Assembly: GCA_046563655.1 (NCBI GenBank)
Contig: CM102288.1
Location: forward strand, 6,386,001 to 6,450,000
Reading direction: 5' to 3'
DNA length: 64,000 nucleotides
Source of the DNA: Yuukianura sp. NJ FZ-2021
Taxonomy: Eukaryota
Positions 50,946 to 64,000 of the stretch are shown piece after piece. Below the pieces are notes generated by a model. It made no database searches. It was not told the DNA's origin and saw only the letters and a program-made list of their open reading frames with translations. The first letter of the stretch is position 1. Every line of letters begins with the position of its first letter. The position numbers were made by a program, and so were the translations under genes.

Positions 50946-52364
50946 ATGCAAAGAATCGGCTCCATTTTTGTTCTGGCTTTGGCGGTCGCCGCTGTTGTCG
51001 CTCGACCATCCGACATTGAGAAACGACTCATCAAGACAAGCGAAGATGGACAGGCACAGTGGATGTCTTACGAACAAATCATCAACCTCAAGAAGTCACA
51101 TATCTCCTTCAGAGACATCACCGATTTGTCAGCTAGCCCCAGGCCAATCAAAACTCTAAACGAAGATCGTAAGTCTCATTTTTCAAATTTTTCAATTTTT
51201 TAGAATTTGAACAAGAATCAGTGTAATTCTTGCTGAGGCGTCGCCCAGAACCCGTTTTAGAATTTTTTTTTAATTTGAACCAGAATGCTTCATGTTCCTG
51301 CTGGGCCTTCGCCACAGACAGTCTTATATTTTTCCATTTTTTATTTCATTTTGAACAAGAATGCTTCACATTCTGGCTGGGGTGGCGTCCAAAATTTTTC
51401 CAACCCATTTTTATTAAGAAGTTCCTTGAGAATTTGTTTAAGCTGATTCTTTTTTTTTTAAACTATTAAATTTGAATTTTTTGAAACAGGAATTCCCGAG
51501 GAAGTTGTGTACCAAGATTCCGTGAACAGCGTCTTGTCTCACTTGAACGGTGCCAGGCAAGAGGCCTTCCTGAGGACGTTCTCTTCCTACTTCAACCGCT
51601 ACTACCGGGACCAAACTGGCTATGATTCTGCGCACTGGCTCCTCTCAGAAATCCAAGCATCAATTGCCGATTCCAAATACAATGGAACTGCCACTGCCGA
51701 GACATTCGAACATGATCGGTGGATCCAACCCAGCATCATTGCTAGACTGGAAGGTGCCGATCCATCGCTCAGCCCAGAAGTTGTGGTCCTCGGAGCTCAT
51801 TTAGACTCATTGAATTTCATCCAGAATCGACCAGCTCCGGGAGCAGATGACAACGGTTCAGGATCGGCATCTCTGCTCGAAGCACTCCGTGCTCTCCTGT
51901 ATGCCGATTTCATTCCAAAGAGGACCGTTGAATTCCAGTGGTACGCTGCAGAGGAAGTGGGTTTGCTCGGATCGGGGGCGATTGCTGAAGAGTATGTCGC
52001 CACTGGAGTGGATGTCGTGAGTATGATGAACTTTGATGTCACTGGCTACAATCCATCAGGAAACCCGACAGTGGGTGTGACCACTGACTTTGTCAATGCT
52101 AAATTGACTGATTTCCTTCGGCTGGTGATCGACGCCTACTTGGATTATGGCTGGGACAACGTTAGCTGTGGCTACGCATGCTCTGATCATGCTTCCTTTT
52201 ACTACAATGGCTTCATTTCAGCATTTCCAGTAGAACTTGAGTTCTCCCCACACATGCACACAGAAAGAGACACAATGGACACAGTGTCGATGGAACAAGT
52301 ACTGGAATTCAGCAAACTCGCTATTGGTTACACAATCGAAATCGCACAACCGCACGCACAGTAA
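50946..52364 (+). CDS. Secreted leucyl aminopeptidase, family M28 (bacterial/fungal-type), 2 exons
   Basis: Signal peptide and propeptide in exon 1 (50946-51168), in-phase splice to 51490. Zinc-ligand motifs GAHLDS, PGADDNGSG, AAEEVGLLGS, NFD, CGYACSDHAS. Confidence 0.92.
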
Positions 52365-53344
52365 TTACCGGAATTTTTTAGTTACGAAACATTAGATTTT
52401 AAATTAAAAGGAAATTTGAACACAGATTTACTAAAACTCAATAGTAAAAACTGAAAACAAATAAAACATTTTTGTTTCTGTGCAAAATCCGAGGCATGAA
52501 TTTCATTTGGCAGGCATTTTATTAATTGTGCTAAAACATAAGAATGCACCACAAAATAGACAAAAATTGGACAAATGAAAAGTAAGTAGGTCGGCTGTTA
52601 ATTATTTCTTAGTGAAGTAGACCAAGAATTTAAAATTTGATGTGGTTAGCAGTTAATTGAAGTCTAAGTTCTAAATGAATTTGAAGACGGAGATTAAAAA
52701 TGTGAACCTTTTTCAAAATTTTGCTTTTTTGAAAATAATTTCAGAATTTGTCCTTGAAATCTCGCCTTCCCTTGAAATCGGAAGAAAAAAAAAAGAATAA
52801 AAAATTGTAGGATTGCGAGACTAGAATGATGGCTATTTGCGTTTTAATTTGGAGATTAAATTGTTATTTTGGGAACGAGCAAATTTCATAAAATTGAGCA
52901 AGCATGCTACTTAAAAAACATTAAAAAAAAGTTGTTAGAGCGAAGTAGTTTGAAGTGTGAATTTGTTTGTTCTGATTGTGATGGACAATGGAACCTACGC
53001 AGGCTGTGGACTCTGATTTGGACTTGTCACTCACCACAAACAATTAGTCAACGGACACCCCGATTCACACTCCGATTGACGTCAATTACACGCAGTTTGT
53101 TCCTGTCCACCTTCCTCAGTCACCAAAAATATCTCATGTCACTCCAACTTTAAAAGCTTAAAACCAAATCCGAAACGCAACTCACAACTTTCACGACACA
53201 CAAATCGCAACATCTCACAAACAAAAATCAAAAACCGCAAGAAACGCGAAAAAAAACACTCAAACTTCAAGCAGAACCAGAAAACAGAAACGACGAAAAA
53301 CGTAAATTGAGCATAAACCGGAAACGTCACTCAAACGTGAGGAA

Positions 53345-53656
53345 ATGAGTAAGAAGGTGTGGCTTTTCGTCGGAATTTCGTATTTGCTGACATTCGCCTC
53401 GGCAGCTCCACTTGGCGATGCTCCATCTTCGGTGTCTCTGCAGCCGAGTATCGTGTATTCGGACATTCCGGAAGATGACGAACTGTTCCGGAAGTTTGAC
53501 TCGGACGGAAGTGGAGCTCTGACGAAGGAAGAGTACGCAGAGGGACTGCAGGACTCTGATTTGCCGCCCTTTGTCGTCACCGAAGTGCTCGGCAACTTTG
53601 GGAACATGGACAAAAACAAGTCAGGCGTCATCGAACCAATTGAGTTCAGACGCTGA
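53345..53656 (+). CDS. Small secreted two-EF-hand calcium-binding protein
   Basis: Signal peptide, then EF loops DSDGSGALTKEE and DKNKSGVIEPIE. Confidence 0.85.
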   Translation: MSKKVWLFVGISYLLTFASAAPLGDAPSSVSLQPSIVYSDIPEDDELFRKFDSDGSGALTKEEYAEGLQDSDLPPFVVTEVLGNFGNMDKNKSGVIEPIEFRR

Positions 53657-54848
53657 ACTCTCGAGTGGTTTCACAAGATTCAGTTTCAGAGTTTCAGAAA
53701 TTTCAGAAATTCAGAATTGGAAGAAGAAAAGTAGAAAGTAAACGGAAAGTAGAGTAAAGCATCAAATAATTTTTGTACTTTATTAAATTAACTTTGTAAA
53801 TTAACTTTAAATTTCCAAAGTACAACGTCAGCGTGACCTCATTTTGTAAACTAAAAACGAAATCTTAAGATTTTTGTGAAGTCAGTAAAAGAAGTGGGCG
53901 TACTTTTTATTTTTAACAGTGTTACAATTTTTGAAAAAATAAAACTGGCTGTGACTTTTCGCAAAATAAAAGTCCCTAAATAGCAACATTTTCTGAGTGT
54001 GGAGCTGGAAATGTAAAATTTCACTAAAACATTTTAAACTTTTTGTTAGGTTTTTGATTGATGTTGTAAGAGTCATAGCTTAAAATAGAAGCGTGGGTTA
54101 ACTTTTAATGAATTTCAAAATACAAATTAAAACGAGTGTTTTTACCACAAGACTAGTTTTTTTTTGCAACTTCTTTAACAATTGAGTTAAAAGATTGTTA
54201 AATTTTGCAAATGAACCCGGACCCGTTCATTTGAAATTGGCATCTTTGCAAAAATGTGCAAATTTTGCATCCCCAAGCCTTATCTAACCTTGCAAATTTC
54301 GTAGTTGAGCGTATGTTGCTAATGACCCTGACAGATGAGGAACGAGAAGAGCTCAAAACAGGACTTGAACACACCCACAGTGCTCAATCTGCACTTTAAA
54401 ACTTTTGATTAAATGCACAAATTTGTCGCTTCAAAACCAGTTTGCAGAAATGATCAAGTTTTCCGCAATTAGGAAATTTGTGAAGTTGTCGCCAAACAGT
54501 CGGTGTTTGACCTCCAGTTGAATACTTTCTTTGGTTTTGCATCTGCAGATTAACGTAACATTGTTAACATCACCTAACGCAAAAGTAGCCTACATTCCTC
54601 AAACATGTCGGTAAGTGAAAAACAGAACCTTTTCACTTAAACATGAGTTGTACTTTAGTGTATGACCTTGGTCGTACTTGTACATCATTACATAAGTTGC
54701 ATAAAAGTTACACTAAAACGTGAAAATGCATCAATTACATAACTCACAAACTTTTCCAGGTTAAGTTGAACTTTGACTTGGATAATTTAGTAACAGCAAC
54801 TTTTTGGAATTGAATTTATGTAATTTATGAATTGATGTAATTTTATGT

Positions 54849-55370
54849 ATGCCAATTTTGCAGTGGGTTTGGCTGGGGGTGTGTTTGATGTTTGGAGTTG
54901 GAATGGAGGCTCTTCCGAGAGGTCACCGCAGCATTTGCAGAGCGACGCAGCAGTCGCCCGGAGTTTGGAACTTCACTTGCCCGCCGCCGGCAGACGAAAA
55001 AATCACTTTGAACTTGGAGCATGTCGTGCAGTTCAAGAATTCTGACCTCACAGGTCAACTGGTGCCACAGCAAATCAACGTTGACGTTCCGAACTACAAG
55101 ATCAGACAGGTCATTCGGCCGCAGATCGTGGACGACGACGGGGTCAACGCAACTGCTCTCGAGGTCAACATCCAACTCCTCAGTCCAGAAGTGCAGACAG
55201 ACAGGCAGGAGGAACTGCCGTCAACTCTGCGTGGACCACCCCTCCCCCCACCCATCGTCAATGTCAAGTACCCCCTCGTGTCACCCCTTCAAGGGGACAC
55301 TCAGCACAACTTCAGAGAACCAAAGACAGGAGAGGACAAGGACGAAGAGGCACCAGTCGAATCATCATGA
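54849..55370 (+). CDS. Secreted protein of unknown function (173 aa)
   Basis: GC-richer ORF with hydrophobic N-terminus, two Cys, beta-rich core and Pro-rich/acidic tail. The true start may lie in an upstream exon. Confidence 0.65.
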   Translation: MPILQWVWLGVCLMFGVGMEALPRGHRSICRATQQSPGVWNFTCPPPADEKITLNLEHVVQFKNSDLTGQLVPQQINVDVPNYKIRQVIRPQIVDDDGVNATALEVNIQLLSPEVQTDRQEELPSTLRGPPLPPPIVNVKYPLVSPLQGDTQHNFREPKTGEDKDEEAPVESS

Positions 55371-55844
55371 GGTCATTTCAGACCATAAGACCATCTCAGA
55401 CCATCAGACCATTCTTAACCATACGACCATTTTGGATCATAAGAGTATTTTTGATCCGACGACCATTTGGAGCTCATGCGTCTGCTGGTCGCTTTTGAAC
55501 GGCTAAAAACTTACCGTATTTTCTCGCTAATAATGTGCAATTATTTTTAAAAATTACTTAGATAAAATTTCTCCCTCGTAAAATTTAGCGAAATAAATTT
55601 TTGAATGAAAATTTGTTCAAAATAAGAATTTTGCATTTAAAAAATTCAATTTTGAAAGAAGAGTAAGCGGAGGTATTTTGAAGATAGTTCTATTGCAGTT
55701 GTGTAACAGAAATGTGGTTTGGATGCTGCGTGTGGTGCAATAATTGAGTCTCTCCAGGTCAAAGATTATCCGGTGACCACATGTCAAAAGAGTTTTAGTT
55801 TTGTTAATCTTAATTTCCATGTTCATTTCCACTTTGGGCACACA

Positions 55845-58001
55845 ATGGTTCGGACTCTCGTGTCCATCGACGCTACGAAGTGTGCTGAGGACCAGGCAGT
55901 GCCTGGACATGTCCACAACCGATGGCACCCCGACATCCCAGCTATAGCCACTGTCGCACAGGACGAAGTGTTTCGACTAGAGTGCTTCGACTGGACAGGT
56001 AACCCTGTTTTCCAATCTCAAAAGTTTTGTCAATTGGAGGGAGTAACTATCTTTCCTCTGGGGTTACAGAAAAAAGCTATGATTTGTGAAATAGTTACTC
56101 CCTCCACTATTTGGAACTTTACAGAAAATTCCCATTTGTAAAATAGTTACTCCATCCACTTTTTGGAACTTTACAGAAAATTCCCATTTGTAAAATAGTT
56201 ACTCCCTCCACTTCGTCGAACATTTGTAGAAAATTTCTATTTCTGAAATAATTTGAAACTGTTACTCCCTCCACTTTCTAGAACCTCTAGAGAAAACTTC
56301 CTTTTCTGAAATAGTTACTCCCTCCACTATTTGCAACTTGTATTTTCAGGAGGTCAGATCAAGAATGACGACGATGCCCGTGACGTGCTTGAGGTTGACT
56401 TGAGTAGGATCCACGTGTTGAGTGGTCCAGTGGGAGTTGAGGGGGCGGAGCCAGGAGATGCTGTTGCCGTGGAGATCCTGGACATCCAGCCCCTTCAGGG
56501 CTCCGACTGGGGCTACACCGGAATCTTCGACAAGCAAACAGGATGCTTCCTCTCCGACAAATTCCCAACAGCCACCAAAGCCATTTGGGACTTCCAAGGA
56601 ATATTCGCCACTTCCAGGTCTAACATAATTAACACTTTCAGGTTTACGTGTAAAATGATGTTCATGTAACACTACACGCAAAATGATGTAATTACATCAT
56701 CTGTTATGTATTTTATGTGATTTGAATTTTGTGCGAAGCTAGACACATTCCGGGAGTTAAATTTCCGGGAATAATTCACCCGGGAATTATCGGGACTGCG
56801 CCGTCGCAGGAGCTGCTGGACCAATGGAATGTACGGGAACAGAAACTGATCACTGATACAAAGGGAAACACTGCACCAGGTTACCAATTTTCAAAATTTT
56901 GAAAAGTTTTTCAAAATTTTGACGCCTTTTTACCGTGTAAATTATTTTGATAGTTGCTTATGGGCCGAACCCAGTGGGTGCCTTGGTGGGTCAACTGGAG
57001 GGAACCCCGCTGGGTGAAAAGGTGAAGCAGGAGGGGGCTCGAACAATTCCACCAAGAGGTCAGTCTGTTCACTTCAATTAACTAGACAGCCAATAGAAAT
57101 GCAGCATTCAAACTATAGAGCCAATAGGAATGGGGAATTCAAAAAATAGAGAGCCAATAAGAATGCTGGATTCAAAAAGTAGAGAGCCAATAGGAATCCT
57201 CTATTTTTTTGCAGAAAACGGCGGGAATTGCGACATCAAAAACTTGTCGCGTGGTTCAAAAGTGTGGCTGCCAGTTTTTGTTCCTGGAGCGAACATCAGC
57301 TTGGGTGACATCCACTTTTCTCAAGGCGATGGAGAAATTGCGGTAACGAAATATATAAATAATAATTATTTTTTAAATATATGTTATTAAATTTGATATT
57401 ATTAATATGTTTTAATAGTTTTGCGGTGGAATTGAAATGTTTGGGGCTGTGACGTTGAGAGTTCGTGTGATTAAGGATGGGGTGAAGAAGATGGGGTTGA
57501 AAAACCCGATTTTCATGCCAGGCCCAGTTGAGCCCCACTTTTCAAAATACTTGACCTTCGAGGGCATCAGTGTCACTGAAGACGGGAAACAGCACTACTT
57601 AGACTCCAACTTAGTAAACTAACTTATATTTTATATCTATTTATTATTATATACATTTATTTATATTTATAAACTTTTTCAGTCTTTCAGAAACGCCTGT
57701 CTCAACTGCATCGAATATTTCAAGAAATTTGGTTACACGGGAGAACAAATTTACACGCTGCTTTCTGCCTGCCCCTGCGAAGGCAGAATCAACTCCATCG
57801 TCGATGGTAACTTCAAAATATTTTCAAAATTTATCAAATTTTTATTCATTTTTTGATGTTTTCCAATTTTTTTTTTCAGTTCCTAATGCTTGTTGCTCCG
57901 TTGCTGTTCCAGTTGACGTTTTTGATTTTGACATTACCCCAAAGGACGCTCCTTTCCAGAACGTCTGCCGCGGAAACGTGGCTCTCGTCAAACCAAAGTA
58001 A
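55845..58001 (+). CDS. Formamidase/acetamidase (FmdA_AmdA family), about 8 exons
   Basis: HNRWHPDIP, ECFDWTGGQIKNDD, HVLSGPVGVEGAEPGD, HPGIIGTAPS, ARTIPPRENGGNCDIKNLSRGS, GDIHFSQGDGEI, FCGGIEM, VDVPNAC, FDFDI; GT-AG introns. Confidence 0.93.
56030..56330. repeat. Intronic tandem array of the TAGTTACTCCCTCCACT motif
   Basis: Five ~55-bp spaced copies plus one inverted copy (GGAGGGAGTAACTA) in formamidase intron 1. Confidence 0.7.
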
Positions 58002-58627
58002 AAAGTGAACCAGTGAGGTCAAAGGTCACGAAATTAGAAATTTCATAAAACTCGAATTTCTATAATCAGTTGAAATTGAAAATAAAAAGCAGCGAGTGAC
58101 TGAGATTCAGAAAAACGGGATTTCAGAATAGCAAAAACTTCTTGCGATGCGATAACGTGCGACTTTTGCGATTTTTTAGAATTCAGGTGTTTCCGAGTAT
58201 TCCGAGAATTAGCGTCGCCCGCTCTTGTTTATCACTTGATTCATTTCTTTGAGTCTGCTCTGTTCTCTTCTCTGTTATCGTTAATCGACACGTTAATTAA
58301 CATTTAGCACTAAACAGTTTCCAAATTCAATTAGCAAACTAATCGTCGATTAGTTCATTTAAACTGTCAACGTTGCACTGTCGTTTCGCCATTTACGATC
58401 AGCTGACAGGGTCAAGTGCCCCGGTCAATCATGCGTTGATCCAAGACTAAGGAATCAGTACTTGTCAATTCAATTATCAATTGGTAGTTAACAAATCTAA
58501 CCTTAATTGTAGTGAACTTTATGGATGTTCTATCTCTAAGCTTCCTAATTTATCAAATTCTCTTTTTTTAGATACTTGGATCTGGACGAAACTAATTGAT
58601 TCTTAAATCGAATGCGCCATAGGAACA

Positions 58628-60165
58628 ATGGGCACCTCCCGTCATCTCTTTTTGTCCATCGCCTTTACCTTCATGTGCCTATGGCTACTGCATCCAGCAC
58701 ATGCTGCTCCAGTTGAAAAATGTGCTTATCCAGTACTCAATAGCTGTGATTCAAAGTCAGACACAAACGTTTGGTGTTCGTTGGCTCTGGAGCTGCGGAA
58801 TCGCATCTGTGCCGTGGACAACCTTCCTGGAATCATAGTCACCAGAAACTTATCTTATCCTGAGATAAACACTATCCTACCATTGGATACTCCCAACATC
58901 ACAGCCTTTTGTAACGATGTCACACTTATCCAGAAACTGATCGATGTATCTCAGCAGTTAGAGAAGAAAGTGGAACTTCACAAGAACAAGGAGTGTGAAG
59001 CAGAGTGCTCTGAGAGTGCTGCTTGTGCTGCCACTCTGACCAACTTGAGGTTTTATCTCACCGTAACTCAGTTCAGAAATACTTCTTGGATGGACTATCC
59101 GCTGGGATCAACTTCAGTTCAAAATTCAAAAGAAGTCAAAGGTGGGTGATTCAATGTCAATCAATTAATTATGTTTAATGAGTTAATTAGGTTTGATTAA
59201 TTAGTGGATTACTTTTCTGTTTTAGATTCAGTAAAAACTTCAAGTAGCACCGTCAATAAAGTTAACTCCACGGCTGTTCCTGAGCTGGCCCAAGCAGAAA
59301 TCAAGCTAGCAAATGATGATGATTTGGTGCAGAATTCCACGGTAGCCAGTACGAGTGAAGCTGGAGGCAGTATTCAAAAGAAAACTTCCGAAAGTGGGAA
59401 GGTTTCGGAGAAACCAGCCTCTGGAACTAGCAGCGGAGCCACCAAGAAGTCTGATTCCAACTTATCATCTACAGCAGTTGCCCCACCACAACCACAGCCA
59501 CCGCTGAGCCAATCCTCAACTACTTCGACTTCTACTGTCGCTGCTTTGGTCCCACCACTGGATAAAGGCGATAACGAAGATTCTTTCCCGGCCCCACCGG
59601 AAGAAGAAAAAGATTCTCCAAAAACAAAGGAAAAGGCCCCACCCAAAGTGGATCCTGACATGGATCTCGGAGTGGAAAATCAAGAAGACAGGATTGATGA
59701 AGGAGAATTGAACTTGGCAGAAGATGTGGGAGTTGATGAAGATGACGGTGGGGCAGACACTAAGAAAATAAAGTCTGGAGGCGGTGGTTCGATTCCTGAC
59801 GTCCGAAGACAAAACGAAGTTGTGGACTTGAGCCACTCGGCTAATCGCATCTCCAAACTTCCGGATAGTGAAGAGCCTTACATGATTTCAGATGTTGAGC
59901 AGGACAGTGGCTACTTCCAGTACTTTCTCACCATCACGGCACTCTTGTTCCTTGGATTTTTCTTGTTCATGAATAAGAAACGGGTAACTTCAATTACATA
60001 ACTTACATAAAACATAACTTACATCATTTAATGTTTTATGTTTCGTTTTAGTTGATTGCACTTTTGGTGGAAGGACGACGTCCGAGCAGTCACGGTCGCC
60101 GCGGGAGACGGAGCAGTTCCAGCGGAGGATCAGCGTATCGAAAACTAGAAAATAACTTCGAATGA
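58628..60165 (+). CDS. Type I membrane protein, TGN38/TGN46-KCT2-like, 3 exons
   Basis: Signal peptide, Cys-rich N-domain, Ser/Thr/acidic low-complexity stalk, TM YFQYFLTITALLFLGFFLFM, then NKKRLIALLVEGRR and a YRKL (YxxL) sorting motif near the C-terminus. Confidence 0.8.
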
Positions 60166-60528
60166 ACTACGGTGATACAACACAAACGCCAAAAATTTAA
60201 ACTGCACTCCTACAAATATTTTACTTAATCTGTTATGGTTTGATCTGACTCTAATTTAGTAGCACAAAGAAGTAGGTCATGAGTCGATTAAATTTTCTCA
60301 ACCAATCATACAGCACCGGGCGACTCTTTTCTCAGCCTATCATTGTGCCAGAAATATTTTCTCAGTAAATCACTGACTTCCGGATAACTCTTTTCTGGAC
60401 CAATAGAAAACTTGCTCGGAATTCGAATTGAATGTGAAGCAACTGCCAACTGCTGAAGAGAAATCACAGATATTTGGACCAAAGCGATCTTTGACCTTTG
60501 AAAAAAGCGTGAGACGTGAGGCCAAAGG

Positions 60529-63903
<3,375 letters not shown>

Positions 63904-64000
63904 TTTGAATTAGAGGAGAACAATTGATAAGATAAGACTTTCCAAATTGGTTATAAAAAGATGAGTAGCCAAAAGAGAAAGTAGACTCATTTGTTTATGC

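Noticed and set aside
57085..57200. Repeated CCAAT boxes as a promoter
   Set aside because: A short intronic tandem repeat (AGAGCCAATAG) with no downstream start evidence.

Overview
AT-rich, intron-rich eukaryotic DNA from an arthropod. The gene mix (GR-like and IR chemoreceptors, a Pvr-like RTK, intron-containing microbial-type enzymes, TTAGG motifs) suggests a soil hexapod such as a springtail; this is inference. Conserved genes sit at the ends: aminoacylase-1 and an ATP9/NEO1-type P4-ATPase on the left, a TGN38/KCT2-like protein and Fer/Fes kinase on the right. The middle (9-36 kb) is rich in transposon remnants and holds the most notable feature: an intact microbial-type class I terpene synthase, then a GR-like chemoreceptor and an intact clan-2 cytochrome P450, all on the + strand. 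A decayed duplicate follows (promoter copy, terpene synthase pseudogene, GR pseudogene), then an IR fragment and an intact IR. Further right are a Gly/Trp-rich peptide, a defensin-like peptide, a Cys-rich surface protein, a second GR, a Pvr-like RTK, a Ly6 protein, a secreted M28 aminopeptidase, an EF-hand protein and a formamidase; the M28 enzyme and formamidase are further horizontal-transfer candidates. Exon boundaries were read by eye and are approximate; no database searches were run.
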